A stretch of DNA of 64,000 bases from Sporopachydermia quercuum. Its lineage: Eukaryota. Numbering within the stretch: the first letter of the stretch is position 1; every line of letters starts with the position of its first letter. Below the pieces are notes generated by a model that was not told the origin of the DNA, searched no databases, and saw only the letters and a list, made by a program, of their open reading frames with translations. Shown here piece by piece: positions 46,460 to 58,830 of this stretch. The stretch covers positions 686,138-750,137 of the forward strand of contig BCGN01000004.1 in the NCBI GenBank assembly GCA_001599295.1, in the 5' to 3' direction. Position numbers and translations under genes: made by a program.

Positions 46460-48634
46460 TTTGAACGGAAATCCTTTCGTCCAGGCTAATCTTAGTATCC
46501 AGTTCAATCCCTTTCTATGGGTACCTAATGCCCACTATTGACAACTGGCAAATCTGTGTGCTGCTTGTAAAACTTCAACTCAAAGCTAGATGAAAAGACG
46601 TTAGAATTGCAGTCTATGATAGATATGTAAGTACTGTTGATAATAGTGATAATTGAAAGTAGAAGAAACACTCGACAAAAAGTTCTAATGGGCTCCGTGA
46701 AGTACTTGATGACCTATGGCCAATGATTTAACATTGCTTTTCACCTGTGACGTATCTAATGCCGATGATGAACAAAGTGATCTATCAGCGCCATCTACCA
46801 ACGTTTTTATAATTCAACATCACTAGCAATCAATTTGATAATCAATAATGAATATAAGCTGTTGATTGCGGACAAATGAACTTGACAAGTACTGAATGAA
46901 TACGTTTGTTCTATTTTCTGACACTGTAATCTTATCCCTAATCACTCAATGAACACAAACAGTAACGCCAGGGACACAAACTCCTCCAATGAAGCAACAG
47001 TAGGAAAAGGATCAATGATAACTATGCTTTAAAAGCAAATATATATTTATAACCAAACACACGTACTGAATATAAGAGATAGTTGACAGACATTAAATTT
47101 CAGCCAAATAGCTTCTGCGGGTGAATGCAGGAAATTTTGTTGAATGGTGAGTTCCTGAAGAAACAGAAGGTGGCAATGATTCACAGGTGCTTCAACTTGA
47201 GATTCCTGGGTCTGAAAAGAATATGATATGAAATTTGAGTGATAGAATAGTGGTTAGACAAGATGAGTTGTTTTTAACAGTATGGAAATGCTACGCATTT
47301 ATTATAAGTCCTCTATAATTACAGGCGGAGTTGGACATAGTACGTCGGGTTGAAAGAGTTATTTGAGAACATNTTGAATAGATGGGATATGGGACACATA
47401 GCTAGTAAGAAAAAGAGGGTATGTGCGAGATCAATGGGTACGATGGAGAAATAAGTAAATGGAGTTTCATTTGATAGACAAAATGGGCGGAAAGAGAGAC
47501 AAAAATATAAGAAAAATGCTCGTGGCTGTACATGTTGAAGTTTTCATACTCTTGGAAGATTTTCAGTCCAGTTCATCAGCCATCCCTTGGAGAAATCAAA
47601 AATAACGAGCGATTAGCATCGATCGAGAATAATAAAGAGCAAGAAATGTCTCGAGAGAAGAAAAATGTCATGTGCATGTCAGATGAGAACTATAGTATAT
47701 CTCATCATGTGTCAGGGTTAGAAAAGCACAGGCGGATAAAATGTGTGCATTCTAGGCTAGTGTTCTCATAGACATTTTCGGAAAATTGGGAATTATTCAA
47801 GAAATAGACCGGTCTTATGAAAGTGTACGAGTTTATATTTATTTGCTGTAAAGCTACAACTTTTGATCCTNTCAGTGTCTTATAAGAGAGTTTTGACATT
47901 ATAGAAATTTGTCATGACATTTTCTAGTATACACATTGTTAATTTTATATATGATTACACTAACAGAAAAGAAGCTCCATTGTTCTCTCAGGTGAGGAGA
48001 TCATTTCCGAAATCATAGTGAAAATATTAAAGTTTATTATTTTAAAAACTTTGAGCCTAACTTTGAGATCCGAAGATTACTTCTTTATTTCAATATTTGA
48101 TTACAATCGCTTATCATAATGATTTGAAATATTAGATAGAGTGATTTGGATACTCAATGTTCCACAAAGATTGTTTTATGTTAACTTAAACCACATTATG
48201 TCAACTCCTCTCTCCGTCCTCATCCTTGGAGATCATATAATATCCAACCTCATTATTAAAGTTCTAGCAAAGATTCTAAACCTAAAGTTCCACGCGACTA
48301 ATTTCTCATACAATTGTTCATTTAAACTTCAGGGCCGTTCATTTTAATTTCCCTTTATGGAATCAAGCTTCAACATAGCCAAGGTTACTTTTCATTACAG
48401 TGCTCCTGCAGTTCTCTTCATATCTCTATTAAATCTATGAGTGAAAAGCTCCCTCTGCTCATCTGAACTGCGTTTCCAATCAACAGCTTAATATCAATCA
48501 ATTTATTTCATCAAATTGCAGCAAGGAATTTGACAAACAGCTCCCATATCTTTCATGTAGTAAATATCATCGTGACATAAGTTAGTTGTCACCGTCATAT
48601 TCACCATATTACACTTCACCTAATTACAGTCAAA

Positions 48635-50827
48635 ATGTCTCTTCAAGCGTCAACTCAACATCCTTGGGATAACCTGATCAATTATTTGCCCGCTCCAAAC
48701 CCTAGGCAAGTGCTGAGAATTGCAATTCGGCTCAAAGAACTAATTGATAAAGTAGTACCAATCGAATTCGAAACGTCACTGATTACCAAATCAGATTCTT
48801 CAATTATAACATCTAACGTTATAGAACTGGTTAAAAAGTCCGCTGGTGGTAAAGGTAATGGAGAAAGAGGTACATCTTCACGTAAATATAGAGCTTGCTT
48901 ACCATTTGCTCTCTTAACTGTTTCCAGATGGTATAAGGAAATGAAAGTCTCTGAATTGTATGATGCTGGTCTTTATGATGGTAGAAGCTTAGCAGCCCAA
49001 TATATTGCTAAGAGGTTGATAGAAGAATGGGATGAAACAGATGAAGAGTACTTATTTATTAATGTGTTATGCCAGAAATTCAAAATTGTACGGAACCACA
49101 AAGTATCTGATCCTGCTAATATATTAGAATTAGCAATTGACTCTCATTCAACACTTGTTATCTGCTCAATTGGCTATCAAAGATGTATGAAATGGCTTTG
49201 GAGAGGGTGGATTATTCAAGCAGAAGATGAGCCAGAGAAGTTCGTCTTCTATAAAGGAACAGGAGTTTGTGATTTCAGATCTCATTTTGATCCTCAACGT
49301 ATAAAGACTCCAATGTATCAGAATATTATCATTATCCTGTTTTCATTTATTTATCTTTTTCTTTTCACTATGGGAACTACGTTCAGCTCACCTGATGAGA
49401 TCAGTTTAAATATATGGGAAGTTGCATTTTATATTTTCACATTAGCATTCATATTGGATGAATGTGTTAAATTTTATCATGTTGGTGTTTCATATATTGG
49501 ATTTTGGAGCGCATTCAATGATACAATGTATATTATAATATGTGTATCATTTATTCTAAGAATGATTGCATTTTCCAAAACTGACCCTGAAGTTATTGAT
49601 CATTTGAATGACAAAGCATTCAAAATCCTTGTATGCGTTTCACCAATGATGTGGACAAGATTATTATTCTATCTTGACGCTGAAAAGTTCTTTGGTGCAC
49701 TTCTTGTTGTTGTTAAAGAAATGATGACAGAATCAATCGTGTTCTTTGTTTTATTGATAGTCATCATCATTGGATTCTTGCAAGCATTCTTAGGTCTTGA
49801 TGCTGCTGACGGTGCGTCTGAAGTCACCTCCTTAGTTATTAGTAATATGCTTCAAACTGTTATGGGAGGCGGAGATTTTGACGCGTTTGACAGATTTGAA
49901 CCTCCATATGCCAAAATCCTTTACTATTTCTTTTGCTTCTTAGTAACTGTTATTTTACTGAATATTCTTATTGCTCTTTATAATTCCGCATATCAGAACA
50001 TTTATGACAATTCTGATGATGAATACCTTGCTTTGGTATCACAGACTACTCTGAGATTTATAAGAGCACCTGATGAACATGTTTTTGTTCCTCCACTCAA
50101 TTTGTTTGAAGTTTTATTGGCACCACTTGGTCTAATAGTTTCAAATCGGGTTTATGACACTCTTAATTATTATACCATGTTGATACTCTATTCACCTTTC
50201 TTACTATTTATATCAATATATGAATGCCGTGAAGCAAAAAGAGTATCGTATAATCGTCTAAGAGGTGCTCTGGATGATGATAATGAAACAGATACTGAAT
50301 GGGATTTGGAAGATGGATATTCAAATAGTGGATTTTTAGGACTCGACGGCTCAACAGCTGAGAATATTCAACGTGAATTACTCAGCCAGAATCAAGCAGA
50401 AACAAGTGATCCTGAGTTTATCATTGATCATGAAAACTGGTTAAAACAAGTTGATGAGATAGCACCTAAAGTTGATGATGCAGAAAAGTATCATATCAAC
50501 TGGGAATTATATCCTTTATTGACGAGAGTGAANAAGCTGACAGCCTTAGTGGAGAAATTGATAGAAGATAACTCAAATCTTCGCGAGAGTATTAGAGAAA
50601 TGAGTAGAGAGCCAGATACGGATGAACAGAATATCAGCGAGGTACCTGAAGTTGTTGATGGTAATACCGATAGCACTNATAAGTCTAGAAATGAGGAAAA
50701 TACATCTGGTGATAGTAAAAGTGTCAATGAAGAGCCCAAAAAGGATAATAATGACGGAAAACAACCATCAGTGATGAAGAGGAAGAATAACAACAGAAAT
50801 AAAAAGAATAAACGGAAGAGTAATTGA
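48635..50827 (+). CDS. YVC1: Vacuolar TRP cation channel Yvc1/TRPY1
   Basis: PRQVLRIAIRLKELIDKVVP, WLWRGWI, multiple TM helices, ILLNILIALY, RAPDEHVFVPPLNL, acidic DDDNE motif. Confidence 0.95.
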   Translation: MSLQASTQHPWDNLINYLPAPNPRQVLRIAIRLKELIDKVVPIEFETSLITKSDSSIITSNVIELVKKSAGGKGNGERGTSSRKYRACLPFALLTVSRWYKEMKVSELYDAGLYDGRSLAAQYIAKRLIEEWDETDEEYLFINVLCQKFKIVRNHKVSDPANILELAIDSHSTLVICSIGYQRCMKWLWRGWIIQAEDEPEKFVFYKGTGVCDFRSHFDPQRIKTPMYQNIIIILFSFIYLFLFTMGTTFSSPDEISLNIWEVAFYIFTLAFILDECVKFYHVGVSYIGFWSAFNDTMYIIICVSFILRMIAFSKTDPEVIDHLNDKAFKILVCVSPMMWTRLLFYLDAEKFFGALLVVVKEMMTESIVFFVLLIVIIIGFLQAFLGLDAADGASEVTSLVISNMLQTVMGGGDFDAFDRFEPPYAKILYYFFCFLVTVILLNILIALYNSAYQNIYDNSDDEYLALVSQTTLRFIRAPDEHVFVPPLNLFEVLLAPLGLIVSNRVYDTLNYYTMLILYSPFLLFISIYECREAKRVSYNRLRGALDDDNETDTEWDLEDGYSNSGFLGLDGSTAENIQRELLSQNQAETSDPEFIIDHENWLKQVDEIAPKVDDAEKYHINWELYPLLTRVXKLTALVEKLIEDNSNLRESIREMSREPDTDEQNISEVPEVVDGNTDSTXKSRNEENTSGDSKSVNEEPKKDNNDGKQPSVMKRKNNNRNKKNKRKSN

Positions 50828-51039
50828 AGTAGTTAGATGAATTCGTGGATAGTCGACAAATACCTTACNCCAGTACGAATACTCGTAATTGTAGTAACTT
50901 TATAAATACTGACAAGATGTACTAGCAAATAGTGAAGTAAACTAATCAGCCCATTTCTTAAATACATCTTATATATACATATTTAGTATTAATAACAGCA
51001 TATCATGTTTGTCCCTTTCTAAGAGTATTGCCTTCATCT

Positions 51040-52287
51040 TTACTCCCTACGTTTTTCTGCAACCCAATACTCACAATTATATATCCAACCACCCATGGCC
51101 CTATTATCACCACCATAGCTACTTTTAATACCAGATTCCCTGAAAGTAAACTCAAATCCCAATTTATCAGCAAGTTCAATTAAATCATCCAATGACAGTT
51201 CTAGTCCACGTCTGGTAGAAGTAACTAGTTCTTTAGTTAAAATAATTTCACCGTCATCATTAATCTTCTTAACATTTCTATATTCAGTAGCCATACTATT
51301 ATCATCTTCAAAATGCCATAACAAAGGACCAAAGTTAATCCATTTTCCACCAAGTTTTAGACAATTATGTATGGTTTTCAAGTAGTCTATGATATTACTT
51401 GCGGTATCAATAAAAAACACTGTTACCACGTAATCCCAACTATCTTTATTCTCATTTTGAAACTCTGCTGACTCCTTGTTGAAATTCGGATCCATTGATT
51501 TGATATCTGGCGGTCCATATAAATCAGTAAATGATCCTGCTGACATTGACAATAGTTCTGTAAAATCAACATCTGGATTTTGCCTCATACATTCTTGAAA
51601 TGTCTCTAAAGGATTTGAGTCAGGAATATATATTGGCCGAATTTGGTTTGTTCTTGCTGATAGATGGGAAAAACTGTAAATNAATGGGAAAAGAGTAAAC
51701 TGATTAGCAACATACGTCTTGTTCAGTATATAAGATGATAGTAATAACATATGATATGAAAATTCATTTCCTTGAGCACTAAATCCTTGTTGAGCAAGCT
51801 CTAATGGTAATCTTCCTAATCCTGCTCCTGGAACAAGTATTTTCACCTGTGATCTTGATTGGAAATCCGAATGATGAGCCCTTAGGTATTCGAATATTCG
51901 CTCTTGATATAGTCTTCTCTCGCCTTCACCTTCTTCACTCCATTCTCGTACTATTTGTCTTAGTAATGATCTTACTTTATCAAGATCCTGTCCTGAGCAT
52001 TTCGACCATAAATTAGTATCGCTAGGAGCTTGCCATTCTTCTGCAATCTCCCGAGCAATGGTTTCAAAGAAAGTTCCGTTTGATGCTATGCAACTATCTA
52101 AAGCTTTTAAATGTGATTCGAACCATGGAATCAGTTGCTGTTCTTCAGTCGATAGAGAAGCATACTTCAATTCCCTTGGATTAGTTACTTGAGATCTAGA
52201 CCATTTCGAAAATGATATAAATGCATCAAGAACTGAAGTTAGAGCTTTGTATTCTTCTGGATCGTTCTCTGGTGCTGAAGACTTCAT
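51040..52287 (-). CDS. N2227-family SAM-dependent carnosine N-methyltransferase (YNL092W/CARNMT1-like)
   Basis: LRQIVREWSEEG, ILVPGAGLGRL, GNEFSYHML, FFIDTASN, WINFGPLLWHF. Confidence 0.93.
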   Translation of the reverse strand: MKSSAPENDPEEYKALTSVLDAFISFSKWSRSQVTNPRELKYASLSTEEQQLIPWFESHLKALDSCIASNGTFFETIAREIAEEWQAPSDTNLWSKCSGQDLDKVRSLLRQIVREWSEEGEGERRLYQERIFEYLRAHHSDFQSRSQVKILVPGAGLGRLPLELAQQGFSAQGNEFSYHMLLLSSYILNKTYVANQFTLFPXIYSFSHLSARTNQIRPIYIPDSNPLETFQECMRQNPDVDFTELLSMSAGSFTDLYGPPDIKSMDPNFNKESAEFQNENKDSWDYVVTVFFIDTASNIIDYLKTIHNCLKLGGKWINFGPLLWHFEDDNSMATEYRNVKKINDDGEIILTKELVTSTRRGLELSLDDLIELADKLGFEFTFRESGIKSSYGGDNRAMGGWIYNCEYWVAEKRRE

Positions 52288-53094
52288 GATCTTGTTTATT
52301 GTATTCGTTCCGATACTATAGGATCACTCCCAGAGAAGGACTTCTTCTCTCTGATTCTCCTAATCAGATTGATTATTCACTATGCATTCCTAATGATTTA
52401 TTCACTAACCAGTAAGTAGGATTATCTATAGAAACAGCACCGATGACTGCTAATAATCCACTTGATTCCATTGTTTCGTTATGTCTATGGTCATAATGTC
52501 TCATGATGGGTCATCAATTGAGGAAGTAGAACACAGAGACTATAGTTTCCGTAAGATTTGAATTTCGGAGATTATTACATTCTATTGATTATGGATCATG
52601 TAATCATCTATTATATACTCCCACAACCAATCAGAACTTTTTTAACTAGGTTTTCTAAGAGGATAGGAGTGTCTGTTAGTTAGTAGACAGTTAATACTTT
52701 ACTCAGTTAGATANCCTATTAAGCTGGAGCATTCAGGTGAATGAATGTATTATGGGGTTAGCTCAGTTTTATGTTACAGAAAGTTATCTGATGAATACCG
52801 AGCAGATCTTATTTGCTATTTGTTTGATTGAATTCAGTATTGAATTGGCTTAAACCCGTATTCTCATAGTACTGATACTTGTTAATTCTGTATATATTTA
52901 TGGGAAAAGAAAATCGCATTTTCGACACTTTAGATAATTAAAAGGAAGTTGAATGCATTCTGATTAACCTGAATCAACGATTTAAGTATTTTCTCCTCTT
53001 TATAGAAGGAACGACAGTATTCAATCAGAAGTGTTGTTGAGAAGAGAAACAGAGTGTTTAACAAGATAATATATCCGCATAAACGTACACAAAG

Positions 53095-53415
53095 ATGTCA
53101 GGAGCAGTACCATTCTCAGAGGCCAACAGAAAGTTAGTTGCTTCATTATACAGAAGATCATTACGAACGTCCTTGAGTTGGATCAACAGAAGAGAACATT
53201 TCAGAAAGATGGCAGTTCAAGTCCGAGCCAAGTTTGATGAAAACAAAGATGTGAGAGATCCTAGAGAATTGCAGGAGATTTTGAAGAAGACTGAAGCTCT
53301 ATTAACCAAATTCAAACACCCCGATCCAATTATTCCTCCTCAGAGACCAGGTGGAACCAAATACGATAGAAATATTCATCCTCGTTTGGATCCACCTATT
53401 GTGGAGCAATGGTGA
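53095..53415 (+). CDS. Complex I accessory subunit NDUFB9/B22 (LYR family)
   Basis: SLYRRSLR LYR motif, RAKFDENK, HPDPIIPPQRPGGTKYDRN; AAGATG start context. Confidence 0.92.
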   Translation: MSGAVPFSEANRKLVASLYRRSLRTSLSWINRREHFRKMAVQVRAKFDENKDVRDPRELQEILKKTEALLTKFKHPDPIIPPQRPGGTKYDRNIHPRLDPPIVEQW

Positions 53416-55061
53416 GTAATTTGATTGCTTGTATTATGTCATAGTTAGGAGGTGTAGGTAGAGTAACGAGGAAAGATCTGGTTGGCGTCGATGGAATCTT
53501 GTCAGGTTTACATCTCGCTGGAGATAAAGGATATGATAATTTTGGGTATTAAGAGTATTCGAAGCTTCTCTTCATACAGCTTCTGAACTGTTAATAGACA
53601 ACAATTGTTATGAAGGCTGATGAACATAGTTCCTAAGACAGTTAGACTGTCTTATGACTGGGTTGGGGTTTTAAGAAGTTTCCAGGTAGCAGAGGTGTTT
53701 CATTGTGTCTTGGTAATATATTCTATGTTTATTATTTATTTTCATTTGGCTATATATTATAGAACGAATGTTTAACAATACACACTTTCATTGCATTTAA
53801 TATTCTTGTTATCTCATAAGTTTGTTGTAGAAGATAAGTATGTCTACTTAGTGATAGTCTTTTACACTGAGTATTGTATATGCAAATAACTGCCGAAACT
53901 TAACACGACTAGTCTTCCTAATTATTTTCCAATGCATAGGCTAATCGCGTTCAATTTGTTCCATCAAATCAAATGTCTTTTCAATTGCTTAGTACTTGCC
54001 TAACGAAATGTCAACAAATAAAAGGTTATGAAATGATAGAGATTTCTATACAATCTACAACGTCATTTACCAATTGCCTTAACCATTACCTGATCTCATT
54101 TATTGCCATATCTCCATAATATAAGTTAATACCCAGCGTTAGGCTGTTATTTTACCCTTTGAGCTACTATCTGCACCTGTTGGTCTTCCTTCCTATTGAT
54201 CTTATGTCTCTTATGCTAATAATCAAGTCCCTTAATATAGTAAACAGTATTGCACCTCAACACCAACATCTTAAGTATTAACAGATCAGATCTCACTTCA
54301 AATATTATGTATCATGTAATCTATTAAGGATAAGAAAGATAGGGCAGACCACAATGATCTAAATACATTTGGACTGCTCATTATTCCGTTCAGTAAATAT
54401 GCTTGAATAANATACTTTACCTTGTTTGGCAATTGGAGTTTGTTTAAATACTTATTTTTCTGGTGTTTTCCAATAATGTTCGAACATTAAAATTATGTCT
54501 CTGTTGATAATCAGTACCTGCCAGTCTACACATTCCAATCTTTCTTATCTTTATACATGATGATGGCTGAATTTCATATGACATAATCAGTTTAAAACAC
54601 AAATATAAACCCCAAAAGTTACCTGAAGGCGGTAGCGGATTATCACAAGCTTGTCCGAATACTTGTTGATAGTTGTTGTTATCATTATTCCTACGATTGA
54701 CAACATAGAAGAAAAGTAATCACATGGTAAATAAACAAATTATTCCATACAGTGAATTACGATAGAAATTGCATTTTCCAGCGACAGTTTAACGGGAATT
54801 GATTGTCTACTGAACAAGCGGATAACTCAGGGATATAAGGAGAAAATACACACATAAAGTCGGTGAGTTATATTTACGATAATCCTGTTTTTAAGCTGAA
54901 AGTATAGATAAAAGATCCAATATATGAAANCTTGTTGATATAATTAGACGGNTTTTATATACCTGTTTTAAATTAAGTGACGAATTGGAATCTGATTAGA
55001 TAGTTTGCCATTTCAAGATTCTATCATATACCANCATTGCCCTAACCAATACTTAGAGACA

Positions 55062-55739
55062 ATGGATTCTTATTCAAGTATCAAACCTACCACAGCTGTT
55101 AAGCTAGTACTACTAGGAGAGGCAGCAGTTGGCAAATCATCGCTTGTATTGAGATTTGTTTCAAATGAGTTCCAAGAGAATAAAGAACCAACAATTGGCG
55201 CAGCATTCTTAACACAACGATGCAGTGTTGGTAATCGAACGATCAAGTTTGAAATTTGGGATACAGCAGGACAAGAAAGATTTGCTTCGTTAGCTCCGAT
55301 GTACTATAGAAACGCTCAATGTGCATTAGTTGTTTATGATGTTACGAAATCTGCCAGTTTCATTAAGGCTAGACACTGGGTTAAAGAATTACATCAACAA
55401 GCTAGTCCAGGTATAGTGATTGCGTTGGTGGGGAATAAGCTCGATTTATGTGAGAGTGAGGATGGAAATGAAGGGGAAGAGAACTCGAGTAGAAAAGTTG
55501 CATATGAGGAAGGTCAACAACTTGCTGAAGAAGAAGGATTATTGTTTTTTGAAACCTCTGCAAAAACTGGATTTAATGTTAAAGAAGTATTTACAAAGAT
55601 CGCTACTCAGATACCAGAAGAATCAGGTAAAAGAGGTTTAAATGGTGAAAGTGTGAATGATCCAAGTGGTAATAATGAACGAATAGATCTTTCAGCACCA
55701 GCTGCTGGTAAAACTGGTGGAAATGCTTGCTCTTGTTAG
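55062..55739 (+). CDS. VPS21: Rab5-family GTPase Vps21/Ypt51
   Basis: ATG at 55062. [39 protein letters not shown]-terminal CSC. Confidence 0.95.
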   Translation: MDSYSSIKPTTAVKLVLLGEAAVGKSSLVLRFVSNEFQENKEPTIGAAFLTQRCSVGNRTIKFEIWDTAGQERFASLAPMYYRNAQCALVVYDVTKSASFIKARHWVKELHQQASPGIVIALVGNKLDLCESEDGNEGEENSSRKVAYEEGQQLAEEEGLLFFETSAKTGFNVKEVFTKIATQIPEESGKRGLNGESVNDPSGNNERIDLSAPAAGKTGGNACSC

Positions 55740-56140
55740 GAGTTTTGGTATTCGTTTTGGTTTTCTGTCTCACTCTCAAGTCTTTATTTGGTTCTTCTCT
55801 ATACTGTTCATTAGCTAACCGTTTCACTATCAAATCTTTATATGTCTTATATCCTATAGTATTGTTGTTATTTGATGTCTGCTTGTTTATTTTTATCCCT
55901 ATTATTTTTCTTTTATCATTTTCCTCCTGCTTCATGGGCTGGGAATAATGGTGTATGGTGTATTTCACCTCGTTTGGAGTAGTCATAGTTGCCTAATAAT
56001 ACTTTCTTGCTGTTATATGTCTGTTTTATACGTAAGAGTATTTACCATTATAGCAGTCAATTGTCACGAGTGTTCTTTTATATCATCCATGTTTCATATA
56101 TTTCAGTATTGTATCTATTTACTATATAGCTCGCATTAAA

Positions 56141-57787
56141 TTACAATTTTGGTGTCAATTCAGGGAATGTCTTTGTAGCTTGTTTGTTCACTTCAATCAA
56201 GCCATTTGGTGATTCATCATCACCGAAAAACACTACTGTAACGGTTAAATCGTCTCTATACCTTCTGGATTGAGGACTAGGAACACTTAGTAACATTCCG
56301 ACTTGTTCTTTATCACTTCCACCTAATGCATTTCTAATCAAATGAGTGGCGACATTATCATCTTCAACAACATAGTTTCCCCTTCCTCTCCGGAATGGCT
56401 GTTTCAAAACCCCGCTATCTGGTGTGACGTCTCTAACGGAAGGTAAAAATGAAGTTCTGTTGAATAAACCTAACCATGTTGATGATTTAGGAGCAACTGC
56501 TTGTGCTTGGGTAGTAGTTGATATGCCGCTTTCATCAGCCTTCTCAGTACCATTAACAGGCTTTATTTTCTTGACTTCCATCCATTTAGCAACCAATCCA
56601 ACAATCTCCTCATTTGATAGCAATTCATACAACCCATCCGAACCAATAACCATAAATTTATCATTAGCAGTAATCTTAGTATTTGTTACTTCAGGATCAG
56701 CCGTAACATAAGGTGGAGACTGTAATCTGAAGGGAGGTTTTTGGCCAAAGAAGTTTTGAGAGATCTTTTCTTGGATTTCTTTGGTCCACTTATATTTGGC
56801 ATCACCAAATGCTCTTGAAGGTTCTAGGCTTCCCAGAACTCTACCACGCGATACAACGTTTGGCTCACCAGGATGTTCTTTTCTTAGCCTGTCGGCTTCT
56901 NTAGGATTACTACCAGTTTGATCAATACTTAAAGCTTTCACTGTCCAATTGCCCTTTTCATTATTAGAGCCTAAAACAACTCTGGAATCACCTGTAACGG
57001 CAACTCTAAGTGATCTTGTGGCACTATCGAAGAAAGTCAGTAAACCACAAGAGCCACTGAGAGCTGGCAGAATTAGGTCAGCAACGTTATTTCTATTAAT
57101 GGTGTTCATATTATCTAGTAATGTTCTCATATTCTTATTAACGATTTCATCATCTAACTCTAAAAACGCCTTTTTAATTGCTTGATCAACGATAGTAGGA
57201 TCTGCAGGCAATACTCTGTATGGTGTCTTCTTATCACTATCCCTACCTGGTTTATAGGCATCAGTGCTTAATTCCTTGATTACGTAGTCAATCAATGAAT
57301 CTCTGAGCTTGGCTGAGGTTGTCCAACCAGAGTGACCATCATAAACACCCCAGAACATCCAGTCAGAGTTCACAACTTGATCTTTACTATCAACTGATGA
57401 AACAGGCACTTGAATAGTCTTTTCTGAACGATCATCTTCAATTGGATTATTACTAGGCAGCTGACAGATATCGTATCTAATAACACCGTTTCCCCTACCA
57501 ACAATGTAACTTTCCTCAAATTCTCTTAGCTTTTTATTGATCCCCATATCTGACATAGAAAAAGTTTTAACAGTCTTGTTTGGGATTATTGATGCTGATG
57601 AGAATGATTTAGAAATGCCTGAGTCACAAGCAATTGGTTGATTCAGTTTTTTGAAGCTTGAAGAGATCCCAGTTAAACCTCCTGCAGGATAAAAAGCATA
57701 TGACGCTGCAAGAATAACACCAGAAGTGACGGCAGCTCTAAACCCTAATGAGTTGAGTATGGATGGAATTCTTCTTGCTTGAGGCAT
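56141..57787 (-). CDS. PTC5: Mitochondrial PP2C phosphatase Ptc5
   Basis: First ATG at 57787. PSNNPIEDD, GVYDGHSG, TGDSR, SRAFGD, GSDGL, RDDLTV; ends PKL. Confidence 0.93.
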   Translation of the reverse strand: MPQARRIPSILNSLGFRAAVTSGVILAASYAFYPAGGLTGISSSFKKLNQPIACDSGISKSFSSASIIPNKTVKTFSMSDMGINKKLREFEESYIVGRGNGVIRYDICQLPSNNPIEDDRSEKTIQVPVSSVDSKDQVVNSDWMFWGVYDGHSGWTTSAKLRDSLIDYVIKELSTDAYKPGRDSDKKTPYRVLPADPTIVDQAIKKAFLELDDEIVNKNMRTLLDNMNTINRNNVADLILPALSGSCGLLTFFDSATRSLRVAVTGDSRVVLGSNNEKGNWTVKALSIDQTGSNPXEADRLRKEHPGEPNVVSRGRVLGSLEPSRAFGDAKYKWTKEIQEKISQNFFGQKPPFRLQSPPYVTADPEVTNTKITANDKFMVIGSDGLYELLSNEEIVGLVAKWMEVKKIKPVNGTEKADESGISTTTQAQAVAPKSSTWLGLFNRTSFLPSVRDVTPDSGVLKQPFRRGRGNYVVEDDNVATHLIRNALGGSDKEQVGMLLSVPSPQSRRYRDDLTVTVVFFGDDESPNGLIEVNKQATKTFPELTPKL

Positions 57788-58830
57788 TCTTAATCGTTGA
57801 TCGTGTGCAACACTATTGTTGTCGGTTCTTATTGCTAAGTTTACTACAGACAACTAGAATTACCTAAACTCGTATTAATGTCAAACAAAAACTATTATCT
57901 ATGTTATGTAGTTTTTAATGACAATACCTCAATCAGAATTTGCTCAGGACTCAAATTAATCAAGTGCAATAACTCTTTTATGATATTATATAGCAGAGAG
58001 CAATTTGATAGCCAATATTTGATATGATTCTCTGTTGGAGATTCATCCACAATTGGGAAAATCCGGAAAAGATGGTAAAAACGGAAACTATGTATAGAAG
58101 GAGGAGCACCAAGAGTGTTTTATGGAACTGACTTTTGCTTCAGATTAAAAGGAAATGTTATAAAAGACAAATCCTATATATGTATACTTGAGACTTGAGT
58201 CAAAGTTCGAATAAATGAGGAGTATTAGTTAATATTTAGTTCACTATCTTTTATCAGTCATCAATCACTCATCTCCCCATACATCTCATTAAATATTCAC
58301 ATAATCATAAACTAGTTATCTCCTCATTCCCAAAAATTATAATCACATGACTTCTCAAGTGATAATGTAAACTCTGTTTGCTTCACCCAAGCAAAAAAAC
58401 TTTTCTATGTAAATTCTGAAGACATCAAACGACATGAACCAAAGAACCATCAAGGAATAGTCAGTGATAATCTTTACCGGATAGATTATCGTCTGCTATT
58501 AAATGAAGGCTCATTGGAGTTCATTAATTGGAAAGAAGGAAGATCAGATTTTTTTATCTAGGGTTAATACTTCAGACTGTGAGAAGTTATCAAAGGCGTC
58601 TCTGCAAAACAGGAAGAAGCAAGTCATTCACATCGATCATCTTGACCGACATCCTGACTTGTAACCTTTTCTCGGACCGTTTAATGTACTAGCGAAAACA
58701 GAGGCAAATAAGCTGATAATAGTAGATAATACGTGACTTTGAAGCATATCAGAGCTTTAGGGTATTAGAAACATTCGTTGAATAGAAATAGCAAACGTTA
58801 ACGGTCGGGTCTTACTGACTAATCGTCAAA

